A stretch of DNA of 64,000 nt from the human T2T-CHM13v2.0 reference genome, Homo sapiens: NCBI RefSeq assembly GCF_009914755.1, contig NC_060925.1; one strand, written 5' to 3'. Below are positions 1 through 13,401 of this stretch, piece by piece (positions within the stretch are counted from its first letter, which is position 1; every line of letters starts with the position of its first letter). The position numbers and the translations under genes are program-made. The notes below the pieces were generated by a model that had not been told where the DNA came from, made no database searches, and was given only the letters and a program-made list of their open reading frames with translations.

Positions 1-839
1 ATCCAGGCTTTCTCATTTTTCTGTGTCTCATTTATATAATTATGTTGGGTAATTGTCTTCTGTGATCAAAGGAGTCAAATTTATCTTCAGTTCTACAATT
101 TGTTTAGCCTGTGCAGTCATGACTCTTTTTCATTCTGAATATTATTTAATGTGACTTTTTTTTTAACAAATCTGTAACTATGTGCATGCCCTTCATTGTA
201 TGATTACTTTAATTTTCCTCTCCTTTATCCTTTCCTTCTTTTTTTTTTTTCTGGCCTGGCAGGGAGGTGTGGCTGATTATACAGGTGTTTTTGTTGTTGT
301 TGTTGTTGTTGTTTTGTTTTTCTTGTCAGATTCTCATTTTAGAGAATCATTGTTTTAGTTTATAATTTCCTCTTATATAACATACCTTCTATCTAAAGTC
401 ACATTTATTCTATCTGAAGTGGATCATCTAACATTACCTTTAATAAAATGTTTGTGGAAAACACTTGCTTCAATATATATTTGCTGGCTCTAAATGCCCA
501 CAGTATAAAAGTTATTACTTTACTATATTTAGCTTCCCTTTTCCCCAAGTGTCCAGCATCCAGTACCAAGTCATGTATTCAGCTAATTTTAATTTATCTG
601 GCTGCTTTTATGTAGTTCCTTCAGAATCTTTGTAGAGTTTTTATTTTTATTTTCTAATTGCTAGAAGTTTTACTTAGTACTTTAAAAATCAGCTTGGTTA
701 TTTATGATAGTTTCTTGCCCCTAACTCATACTTTCAAGTTTTTATTTTAACTTATTTTAGCATATTGAACTAACTTTTAATTTTCTGTATCTGAAAATGT
801 TATCTAAATTATTTTCAGAGGCTCTGCCTACTTTTTAAA

Positions 840-1480
840 ATTTTATAAAATTTTAGAGTATCACATACATATAAAAGGCACAAATATTTTAAGTATGCAG
901 AAGGCTGAATTTTCACAAACTGAATTCATGCTTATAACCAGTGCCCTGATCAACAAATCAGGCATTACTAGCACCACAGAACCCTCTTGTACCCTCTTCT
1001 GGGCACTATCCAGTCTTTTATTAAGGAGATTATTTTCTTCAATGTTATACTGAAGGTCAATTTTGTCTATTTTTTATACAGTAAGAACTATTTTGTTTCT
1101 GATTGTTTTCACCCTTTTTATTTCACAAGATTATTTTGTTTGCTGCAGTTGTGGCCCATTCATTTCCTTGGCTGAAGAATCTTTTAAGTGTCTGTAGAAC
1201 TCTATTCGCTGATAGGCATTTGCATAGTTTCTAGTTTGTGGCTATTCCAAATGCATTGCTATTTGTACAAGCATATCTTCATTTTTTATGGGTATGCCCT
1301 AGAAGAGGAATTACTGGGACATAGGACATATACATGCTGAGCTTTAATACACACTTCCAGTTTTCCAGGGCTTAAACCAATTCACACTTTCACCAGTGTC
1401 ATAGGAAAGTTCCAGTTGCTGCACAACCTCACAAATATTTACTGTTTCCCATCATTTAATGTTATTATTTTTTAAATCAG
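840..1480 (-). mobile_element. Ancient L1M (L1ME-like) 3' region fragment
   Basis: Diverged L1M 3'-end motifs in antisense, e.g. 'gaggaattactgggacatagg', 'ttcacactttcaccagtgtcatagg', 'gttccagttgctgcacaacctcac'. Confidence 0.6.
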
Positions 1481-1734
1481 CTTTTTAATTTTAGAATTTT
1501 TTGATTGTAGGTAATTAGGATTATAGTCATGATTTATACATACTTCTCTGTCAGATTTCTTAAAGTTGTTTTCAGCAAGAAGGCCAGCAGGGAATCTAGT
1601 TCTGGCTAGGCAGGGAATTCTAGCAGAATGCAGTTCTGCTAGAAATAGAAGTTTAAATTCATTCTTCAATTCACTTAAATACAGGCTCAAACCCACCACA
1701 GTCTTGTTGCCCAATCCAGTGAAATGCCTTTCGT

Positions 1735-2455
1735 CTCCTATCTTTGACTTTACCTAACAGCAGCTTTTGCCAAAGTCATTTACTCTTTCATTTTGAAATA
1801 CATTTATCCCTTATCTTTCATCATTTTCTTTTTCCACTGGACACTCCTTGACAGACCCTTTTTACTTCTTCCATTTCCACAATCAGATCACTAAAATTTG
1901 GTTTGTATCATTTCTCACATGTTCAGTATTTCATCCTGCTCCACGGTTTTAAATAGCTTGTATGGTAACGACTCTCAAACATCTGTATCAAGCACAGATC
2001 TCTTTGCTGAACTTCATATCTTTTACCCTAGTGCTTGCAACATTCTCACTTGAATATTTCCTAAACTTCTCAAAATTATTATATCCAAAAAGGGAACTCT
2101 TGATTTTTTCTGGTTTTCCAGGTTAGGACTTTACATGCACTTTCTCTCTTTTAGCAAAACTCTTGGTGCTTTTTTATCCTCATGTCTCATCTAAGACATT
2201 GCCTGCAAAGATTGGCTTTTCCCTACTTAAATAGCTTCCAAATCTGTAAACTCTATTTTATTACTATGCTTGTATTTTTTTTAGCTGTTTTCACAGCCTG
2301 CTTTATTTTCATTATATATTGTCTTGCATATTTCTAAGTAAGCTCTATGGAAACAAAATTCACATATATCTTCATCATTGCTGTATCCTTAGCAGTTGTC
2401 ACAATCACAATGAATAGCACTTGTAAACACTTACAAAATGTTTGTTGGGTGAATG
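1735..2455 (+). mobile_element. L2 LINE fragment including 3' end
   Basis: L2-like 'gactctcaaacatctgtatcaagcacagatctctttgctgaact' and terminal 'taagctctatgg...aaatgtttgttgggtgaatg'. Confidence 0.6.
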
Positions 2456-4739
2456 CTACTCCTGGAGGTTTTTAAGTCTTCTAGAGGATATAATAAAGTG
2501 TCAACGTCTTAATGACTTGGACAGCAGAATAAAAGAAAGAAAACTGCAGATTCTACTGAATATAATTTTATTAATGATCTCAATTCGTACAAATGCATTC
2601 CTTATCATGTCATGGCTATCTCAAAGACCTAGGTCTGGTCGATGATGACCTGTTATTTAAAATACATAAGAATTGGTGTGACTTGAATTCAACTCAAGGA
2701 ATATTGAAAAAAATTTAATATTGCCTTGTAAAAGTCTATGCTGGAAAATAAGAGGTGTGATGAGGGCATGGATTCCACTTATTAATAAATACTCTTATGA
2801 GAAAACATTTTTTCTTATGTATTTCCATCAAAAATGATTTTAGAATGGACTGAATGTCAATGACAATATGTACATTGCCAGGTCAAAGACAAATTCAAAA
2901 TATCCTTTTTGCATTCACAAGAAGTCTTTTATTGAAATTTAGTGTTTGAGCAGAATTGAATATTACTTATTAATTTACTAACATATTTGCAATTTACTTA
3001 ATTTTTTACAAGGTGGTTGTTCTTTAACCTGTATAATAAACAGCGATAGCCAGTCATTGTAAAAATTGGTTTTAAATTTTAGTTTATGTAGAAAATATTC
3101 TTCCAATGAAATAAAATAATTTTATTTCAATTTGCATTTTTCTGAAAGAAGAAAGGATAAGTGGATTGAACATGAAGTGGATTTGCAATTTTTAAAAAAA
3201 ATGTGACTATCAGAGATATCTGTCAATCAAAAAAAGAATGGATACCACTATTATTAAACCACCACAGTGTATTTAGTCTTGCTTTTTACTATTAGTTTTG
3301 CTATATATCAGCACATTTTTTGCAGTCAGAAAACTGCCTTCAACCATTAAACATATTTTTTTCCTCCATGCCTGGTTCTGTGGGGAAAAAAGACAACAAC
3401 AGTTGTTCTTCCATCTACTTTTGGAGGTACTAATGTCAAAGTTAACTAAAGAATGGTGAAACACTAAGGCATCTTCAATAATCAATATTTGTATGTTAAA
3501 TGCAAATTGAAATTATTTGTATTTGCTCTAAAACAATTATTTTAATCACAAACAAATAAGCTGGCAAATTCAACAATAATTTTAATCCCTTATTTACAAA
3601 GATTCTTTATTTTAATAAAATTTCATTGTTTATGAAAATTCTCAGACGAGTTCATGTAACCACATTTAATGCCTCATAATGCTTTGCTCAAATTGGCTAC
3701 TTCTTTGTAAGATGTTGGCAAGCCACTATATAAACAACATGTCCATGCAGGCATTCAGAGGATGAAGATAATAAAATTCTGGTTTAACGTACTAATTAGA
3801 AATCTATTGGGGCTTTCCAATTCAATTGTAATAGTCTAGCTGATAGGTCATACAGACAGAGTGTGCATATTTACATTAAAATACTTTCTATTATTATATT
3901 TATATGCAATGATTTGACTGAGCCCACTGATTTCCAAGCTCAAATGAGAACCTAAAACAAGATTAAATGAAGAAAGTGTGGTGTTAATATAAAAAATTAT
4001 AAGAATTTAAATAAAAATTAAATTATTGCTATATTATTGCCAGTTCCTTCTACATTATTGTGTTAATCATGAAGTAATTGGAAATAATTATCATTTTATT
4101 CCGTTTTAATATGACAACACCATGTGCAAAATTGTCTTTGCAATTCAACAGTGATTAAAAAGATTATTATTTTCAAAACACCAAATTTTTCAAAGAAAAT
4201 TATGGCAAAATTGTTGATGTTTTTTATTCTCACAAAAGGGTAATTCAGTCACTTACTAAAACAACAAAAACTCATCATTTATGCATCCCTGACTCATATG
4301 ACCATCTTATTATCTATTTTCCTTTTTTTGTATAATGACATGAATTCTGAGAATTTGGTGCGTAAATGGACTCATCATGTCCATCAAATGGCAAAGGATG
4401 TGACTAGATCGTCTTAGAACTCTGCCTTCATTTCTGAGAGCTACTCCCAAATAATCCACTGAACCTTATGTTCAGTGCCCCAAACATAAGCATGCACTTG
4501 CACACATGTACACATATACATTGAAGTTTTTTCTTTGGCATGAAAAAATGTCTTATATAGTCTTATATATATGTCATAGTCTTTTAAAACAAATATGACG
4601 ATTTAGAATTAGGTTTAATGATGTGTGATAATAACAGAAATCAGATTATTTTTAGCAACTTAAAATATCTTCTAGGATAAATAGAAAAGGACAAAAATAT
4701 TTGTGGGAAAAGGTGTATAATGTCTCACAATGAAATGAA

Positions 4740-4860
4740 GTTCAGGATTTTAGAGTAGAAAGAGAATTTAGAGATATTCTAGACTTGTCTATTCATTTTG
4801 AAAATGAGGAAATGTGGTCTACAGAAGTCAACTGATTTACTGAAGAATAGATAGCTATCT
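4740..4860 (-). mobile_element. MIR fragment
   Basis: MIR core-like 'tcattttgaaaatgaggaaatgtggtctacagaagtcaactgatt'. Confidence 0.5.
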
Positions 4861-4970
4861 AAACGACCACCTCTCTTTCAGTTTGATATTATTTTAAAAA
4901 TTGTTTCTCTCCTATGATTTATACATTTTTTATAGCTTGTGATGGTTAATTTTATGTGTCAACATGATCA

Positions 4971-5403
<433 letters not shown>

Positions 5404-5587
5404 TCAATTCAGTTAGGGCACAAATAGAACAAAAAGGTGGGGGATGAAAAAAATTATCTCTGTCTTCCTGAACTGGGACATCCATCTTCTGAATTACACC
5501 ACTGGCCTTCCTGAGTCTCCAGCTTGCAGATGGCAGATGATAGGACTTTTCAACTTCCACAGTCATTTGAGTCCTTCCTTCTAATAA

Positions 5588-5592
<5 letters not shown>

Positions 5593-5632
<40 letters not shown>
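5593..5632. repeat. (AC)20 microsatellite
   Basis: Read directly. Confidence 0.98.
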
Positions 5633-5635
<3 letters not shown>

Positions 5636-5741
5636 CTATTGGCTCTGCTTCTCTAGAGAACACTAATACTTAGCACTAACCCCAAATATTATGTCCACTC
5701 ATTCATCCATCCATTCATTCATTGATTCTGTGCCTATTTCT

Positions 5742-5857
5742 ATTAGAATATAAGCTCTGTGAGGGCAGAATCTTCATCACTGTATTCTCATGGCTTGAAC
5801 AGTGTTCAGCAAAAATCTGTGTATCTGTGTTCAATAAATGAATGCTGAATGAATGAA
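5742..5857 (+). mobile_element. L2 3' end
   Basis: 'tagaatataagctctgtgagggcag...tcaataaatgaatgctgaatgaatgaa'. Confidence 0.75.
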
Positions 5858-6019
5858 ATAATTCATGACCACAACTTGCCATTTATGCCTTAAATGATTG
5901 TATTCCAACTTCTGTCCAAACCACTCTAGAGATAGCACTCTGGCAAAGTTTACAGTTAAACTTTATTTCAAAATGTAAATATGTTTTCTTAGATCTTTTC
6001 CCTAATCTTTGCATTATGT

Positions 6020-6542
6020 ATTTCTTTTGAACTACAATTTGCATACAGTAAAAATGCATGGGTTTTAACTATCTCTGAGTGACTTCTATAACCAACTCAT
6101 TCAAAGTACAGAGCGCTTCCATTACTTTAGCAGTTTTCCTTTTGCTTATTTTCAGTCATTCTCCCTGAAAAGTAACCACTGCTGTAATTTCTTTTATCAT
6201 AAATTAGTTCCATTTGTTCTTGAACTTTATTTAAATTAAATCATAGAGTAGTATACTTTTTTATCTGAATTATTTTAATCACATCAATATTTTTTGAGCT
6301 ATATCTATAGTGGGTTATGCTTCTGTCATTTTTCCCTTTTATTGCAATGTAATATATCATTGCGTGCATATACCAAAATTTGTTTATTCACTCTCCTGTT
6401 CATGGACACTTGGGGTCTTTTGAATCTTGTGCTATGCACATTCTAATACAAATCTTTTGTATATATTGTATATGTTTCTATTTGGTGTTGTGGGCAAATG
6501 TATAAACAAAGAGTTGCTGGAGTATAAAGTAGTCTTATATTT
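6020..6542 (-). mobile_element. L1ME-like 3' fragment (left half of host element; resumes at 13900)
   Basis: L1M antisense motifs 'tttgtttattcactctcctgttcatggacacttgggg' and 'gagttgctgg', colinear with 13900-14135. Confidence 0.7.
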
Positions 6543-6567
6543 ATTTATTTGTTTGTTTTTATTTATT

Positions 6568-7255
6568 CTCATATTTGCCTTTCGTTGCTGGAATTCTCAA
6601 CTGATCTTCCTGGGATGCAATGGAGAAAGAAGCATGTTCTAATAACATATCTTCGAGGTTAGTTTACAAGGGTGTTTGCTTGTCAAAATCTTCCATTCAC
6701 TAAAATAAAACAGTTTGTGATGCATCTGAAAAAAGGCATGCCTACATTTTCTCTAATTGCTGGGTATCTTAACTTGTCTTAAAATGGCCTGATAAAGAAT
6801 CATGTTCCTGTAACATATTCTCAAGGTGAGCTTACAACAGTAATTTTTTTCAAACATTTTCATTCATTCAAACACAACAGGTTGTGATGAATCTTTAACA
6901 TGGTATGCTTACATTTGCTTTTTTTTGCTTCATATGTAAATTCATGGCATATGAACCAATATAGAAAGGAACATGTTCTAACGACACATTATCAATGTTT
7001 GCTTACAAAGGTTTTTCTCTGCCAAACACTTCCATTCACTGAAAGATATGAGTTTATGATGCATCCTAAAGAAAGCCTGCTTACATTTGCCTTTTATAGC
7101 TTTAATATATAAACCTGTGTAATATGAACAAATGGAGGAAAAAAACATGTTCTAATAACATATTTATAATGTTTGCTTGCACATTTTTTCTCTGAAAAAG
7201 CTTTCCATTCACTATTAGAAAACAGTTTATTATGCTTTATTATGCACTTCAAAAA
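6568..7255. repeat. Diverged tandem satellite, about four monomers of ~171 bp
   Basis: Anchor CATGTTC at 6633, 6801, 6972 and 7146 (spacing 168/171/174). Shared blocks include taacatat, gcttacaa, ttccattcact, gtttgtgatgcatc and tgcttacatttgc. Confidence 0.9.
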
Positions 7256-7618
7256 TATATTTTATGATGGATTCAAGGGGTACACGTGCAGACTTTGTTA
7301 CATGGATATATTGCTTAATGGTAAGGTTTGAGCTTCTAGTATACCCAACACCCAAAAAGTGAACATTGTACCTAATAGGTAATTTTTCAACCCTCAACCC
7401 CCTCCCAACTTCCCTTCTTTTGGTGTCCCCAGTGTCTGTTATCTCTTTATGTTTATGTGTACCCATTGTTTAGTTCCCACCTATAAGTGAGAACATGTGG
7501 TATGGTATTTGATTTTCTGTTTCTGAGTTATTTCACTTAGGATAATGGCCTTCAGCACCACTCATGTTGCAGCAAAGAACATGATTTCCTTCCTTTAATT
7601 ACTGCATTGTATTCCATG

Positions 7619-8515
7619 AAAAATATATATATTTATACATATATTTATATTTATATAAATATATAAAAATATATATAAATATATAAAAATATATATAAAA
7701 ATATAAAAATATTTATATAAATATATAAAAATATTTAAATATATAAAATATATATAAATATATAAAAATATATAAATATAAATATAAATATATAAAAATA
7801 TATATAAATATATAAATATATATTTATATAATTATATATTTATATAAATATATAAATATATATATAAATATATAAATATATATTTATATAAATATATAAA
7901 TATATAAATATATATTTATATAAATATATAAATATATAAATATATAAATATATATTTATATAAATATATAAATATATATTTATATAAATATATAAATATA
8001 TATAAAATATATAAATATATATTTATATAAATATATAAATATATATAAAATATATAAATATATATATTTTATATAAATATATAAATATATATAAAATATA
8101 TAAATATATATATTTTATATAAATATATAAATATATATAAAATATATAAATATATATATTTTATATATTTATATATATAAATACATATATTTCATATATC
8201 ACATATATGATACATATATGCAATACATCTATACATATAAATAATACATATATTTCATATAATGCATATTAATTATACATAGGTGTTATATATTTTATAA
8301 TATATAATTTGCATTATATATAACACATGTATTATATATGTTTATATATGAAATATATGTATTATATATTTTATATGTATTTCATGGAATACTATAATAC
8401 TATACCATACTATACTATGATACTACGCTATACTAAAATATATGTATAGGATACATATATTTCAAATATGTATTTCATATTTCATACATATATGAAATAT
8501 ATGTATCCTATATAC
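7619..8515. repeat. ~900-bp (TA)-derived AT-rich expansion inside the L1 3' region
   Basis: Near-pure A/T tract of atatataaat/atatattt units, followed by a degenerate TA-rich tract. Confidence 0.97.
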
Positions 8516-9142
8516 CACATTTTAAAAACTCAATATTCTGTTGATGGAAATGTAGGTTGATTTTGTGACTTTGTTGTTAGGAACAGTGTTGCAATAAATA
8601 TACAGGTGTAGATGTCTTTTTTAATGTAAAGATTTCTTTTGCTTTGGGTAGATACCCAGTAGTGGGATTGCTGCATCAAATGACAGTTCTATTTTTAGCT
8701 CTTTGAGGAATCTCCATGTTGGTTTTCGTAGGGATTGTATTGATTCGTATTCCCATCAACAGTGTATAAGGATGTACCTTTTCCTACATCCTCACCAACA
8801 TCTCTCATTTTTTGTCTTTAATAATAGCAATTTGGACTGGTGAGAGATGGTATCTCGTTGTGGTTTTAATTTGCATTTCCCTTATGATTAGTGATGATGA
8901 GCATTTTTTCATATGTTTGTTGGCCACTTGTATGTCTTCTTTTGAGAAATGTCTGTTCATGTCCTTTGCCCACTTTTTAATACAGTTGTTTTTTTCTTGT
9001 TGAGTTGTTTAAGAAACAACTTTTCATTTTGTTGATCCTTTGTACCCTTTTTGTGCTCTCAATCTCATTTAATTCTGCTTTGCTCTAATCTTTGTTAATA
9101 CTTTTTTTTGGGGGTGGGGCTGGTTTTGGGTTTGGTTTATTC

Positions 9143-9441
<299 letters not shown>

Positions 9442-12400
9442 TATTCTTGTTTTTCTAGTTCCTTGATGTGTGACATTAGGTTGTTAATTTGAGATCTTTC
9501 TATCTTGATGTAGGCATTTAACACTAACCATTTTTCTTTTACTACTGCTTTTGCTGTATCCCAGAGAGTTTGGTATGATGTATCTCTATTTTTATTCATT
9601 TGAAACAAATTTTTATTTCTTCCTTAATTTTCTTGTTTACCCAAAAATTATTCAGGAGCAGCTGTTTATTTTCCATGTATTTGTGTAGTTTTCAGATTTC
9701 CTTTTGGCTGTGATTTTTAATTTTATTCCACTGTGGTCTGAAAAGATACTTGATATGATTTTGATTTTTTTGAATTTATTGCTGCTTCCTTTATGGTAAA
9801 GTACATAGTCTCTTTTGGAGAATGGTTTATGTGCAGATTAGAAAAATCTATAATCCATGGTTGTTGGGTGGAATGTTCTGTAAGTGTTTATTCAGTCCAT
9901 TCAGTTCAATCCAGTTTAAGTACAGTGTTTCTTTGTTGATTTTCTGCTTGGATGATCTGTCTAGCACTGTCATTGGGGTACTGAAGTTCGCTACTTCAAT
10001 TATTATATTGCTCTCTATCTCTTCTTAGGTCTAGTAGTATTTGTTTAATGAATCTCAATGCGCTGGTGTTTGGTGCATGTATATTTAGGATAGTTATATC
10101 TTCTTGTTTAATTGAGCCCCTTGTAATTACATGATTTCCTTCTTTGTCTTTTTTTTCACTGTTGTTGATTTCAGGTCTTTTTTATCTGATATATGTATAG
10201 CTACTCATACTCATTTTTGTTTTCTGCTCTCAAGCTATATCTTTTACCACCTCTTTACTCTGAGCCTGGAGACCCATTAGGTATGTTTCTTGAAGACAGC
10301 AGATGACTACATCATGTCTTTTAATGTTGTTTGCCAGTCTATATGTATTAAATTCAACATTTAGGCCATTCACATTCAAGGTTAATATTAATATATGGAC
10401 TGTTGTACCTGTCATAATATTGTTAGTTGAATTCTAGTCTCAACTATGTAATTACTTTGTGGAATTTCTGAGCTTTGTAGTTATGCGTACTTATGTGTGC
10501 TTTTTTAGGATGGTGAGTATTGTGTTTTCCCTTCCATCTTAGGAACTCATTTGAGCATTTCTCGTATAGTTCATTCTAATAGTGACAAATTCTCTTAGCA
10601 TTTTTTTGGGAAATAATTTATTTTGCCTTCATTTATGAAGCTTAGTTTCACTGGATATCAAATTCTTGGCTGGAATTTTGTTTTAAGAAGGCTTTAAATT
10701 GATCCCCAATCTTTTCTAACTTATAAGGTTTCTGCTGATAAGTCCACTGTTTGTTTAATGGGATTTCCTTTATAGATAATTTGATGCTTCTCTCTAGCTG
10801 CTTTTAACATTTTTTTCTTTCACATTGACCTTGGAAAGTCTGATGACTATATGATTTGGTAATATTCTTCTTGTGAAGTATCTTCCAGGTGTTCTCTGAA
10901 CTTTTTGCATCTGCATTTCTACATCTGCAGCAAGATTAGGTAAATTTTTCTGAATTATTCCTTCAAATATATTTCCCAAACTTTTTACTTTCTCTTCTTC
11001 TTACTCAGGAATACCTATAATCTGTAGGTTAAGTCACTTTACATAATTCCATATTTCTCAAAGCCTTTGTTCATTTTTAAATTTCATTTTTTTCTTTATT
11101 TTTGTCTGGGTTAATACCAAACACTGGTCTTCAAGTTCTGTAATTTTTTCTTCCATTTAGTCTGGAGTATTATTAAATCTTTCAGCTGTATTTCAAAAGT
11201 CCCTCAGTGAATTTTATTGTCAGAAGTTCTGTTTGTTATTGTCTTAATAACTATCTATTTTTTAATGTTTCAGGGTTTTTTTCTGATTTGTTTGTATTGG
11301 TTTGCAACCTTATTTCGGATCTCATTGAGCCTTCTTACAGTCTATATTTTGAATTCTTTATCTGTCATTTTAGAATTTTCATTGTGGTTAGAATCCATTG
11401 CCAGAGAGCTAGTCTGATCCTTTGGTGGGTGGTGTAACAAAACACTGTTTCTTCATGGTGCCAGAGTTCTTACACTTGTTCCTTCTCATCTAGAGAAATT
11501 GACACTTCTTATTTTTGAATTTATTTTCATTTCAGTGGTATTTTTTACCCTTTGAGGGTGTGACTGTAGTACATGTTGCTTAGGGTGTTTTGGCTTTGCT
11601 TTTATAGCCCGGTAATCTTCTGACAGCAGGTTTTATATTGGGTTGAGCTCTTCAAGCTCCAGGCCAGTAGGTGGCACTTACTGGTAACAGCTAGCTGTGG
11701 CAAAAGCAGATGAGTATGTACTTGATCCTTTTTTACTGGGATGTGCTCACTGTCATTTTGGGCGACAAACTGGTCTGTGGAATGCCCAGTTCCCTGAGTT
11801 CCCTGTTCAGCTATTTGGTGCAGGCACACAGAGTTGAGCACAGCTGGACAACTAAGCTCTCCCACAACTACCTCAATGACCAGCGCAGGCATCATCCCTA
11901 AGAGGGTGGCTGGGCGAGCGCCTAGTGAAATGCACCAAGCTCTCTACAGATGGGGAGGTGGCTGCACCAACCTATGTCCTAGAGAGGCAGGAATACAATC
12001 TGTTTCCCTATCACACCCTTGACCCAAGGTTCATGACTCCCAGTTCAGACACACACCATCATCCATCTCCAGTGTAGGTGACAGCCACAGAAAACACCTG
12101 CCTTCTGGCTCTCTGTGAGGTGTTTTTGGCATGGAGCCTCTTCACTCAGCCCAGTACAGACATCTTTGTGTCTCGCTTGTTCTCTGATGTGGGATCACTG
12201 CTGCTGCATGTAGAGATGAGGAGGAGCTCCACCTTTCAACACCTGCAGGTGGGTGTCAGCTGTGGTGGTGTTGGCTGGTTGGGTTGGCCTGATGGTGGAC
12301 CCCTGAGAGAGTGCTCAGATGCTAGCAGTAGTGGACTGGGCCAGATAAACCCCCAATCCCCAGGTCCCTATATGGTCCCTTGGACAATGGTGTCCCAGTC

Positions 12401-13367
12401 TAGGAGGGAATGGACCAGTAACAGGCTGGTCCCAACTCCACTGGGAGTTGCCCTCAGGCCCCCAGGGTTCAGGTGCCGGTTGTGGTAGGGAGGGGTGTGC
12501 TGGTCCCAAGGTCACCAACCATGCTTTCAGGTAGGTATAATCAGAATGCTCAGGCAGCAGCAGAATGCTCAGGCAGTGGGGGCCCCAGGGCTGTTCATGG
12601 GCTCATGGGAGCTGGGCTTTCAGAAGGACTCCCAGCCTCAGTTTAAATGATCATGCAGGAGCAGAGCAACTGTACTGTGGGCCTGTCAGTGGGGAAGGCA
12701 GATCCCCTCAGTGGGAGCAGTGGAGACAAGCAGCTGATGGGTGCGTGTCTCACTTGCACCTCCATCCCACAGGAGCAGTGGGGATATCCTTCATGGAGGT
12801 GTGTGAAGGTGTCCTGTCTCCCACTACTCCCCTGGCCCAGCAGCCATAGTGATGGCAGCAGCAATGGCAGAGGTAGCCTCAGGAGAGAATACAGGCCTCT
12901 AGGGCTTGGGTTCTCAGAAGGGCACTGGGCTGTAGCCAAAATCCTCAGGTGTGGGCAAGGTGGCTATGCTCCAGGACTAATTCTGGGGAGGGCAGGCCCC
13001 CTCAGCAGGATCTGTGGAGGCTGGAGCTGTGAGTCCCTTGGCATACTTGTGCTTCCCTCCTGCAGAAGCAGTAGTGTATTCTGCTATTAGAGTACATGAA
13101 GGTGCTCAGTCTTTTTGGTTCCTCTGTGGCCCAGTGGTAGCAATGGCAGCAGGAGCACTGACGGCAGTGGGAGCCCCAGGATAGACTGTAGGCCCCTGGG
13201 GCCTGGACTCTCAGAAGAATGCTGAGCTACAGCCAAATGCTCAGATGGGGGCAGGGTGGGAGCCAGTTGTGCTGTGGACTTGAGGCCAGGGAAGGTGGAC
13301 TCTGTCTAGTGGGAGGAGCAGAGGCAGCAGAACCATGGAAGTGCACTGTCTGCCTACTCCTCTTCTT

Positions 13368-13368
<1 letters not shown>

Positions 13369-13398
<30 letters not shown>
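13369..13398 (+). repeat. (CAG)10 trinucleotide repeat inside the L1 5'UTR
   Basis: Read directly. Confidence 0.98.

Positions 13399-13401
<3 letters not shown>

Noticed and set aside
1618-1644. 11-bp inverted repeat ttctagcagaa/ttctgctagaa (similar ones at 37180-37220 and 53721-53756)
   Set aside because: Too short for a miRNA or MITE; no supporting context, most likely incidental or local template switches.
6580-6596. Possible CENP-B box (tttcgttg...)
   Set aside because: Only TTCG matches; the required A and CGGG positions are absent.
6568-7255. CRISPR-like or coding tandem repeat
   Set aside because: Whole monomers are homologous with no unique spacers, the context is eukaryotic, and no ORF is maintained across units.
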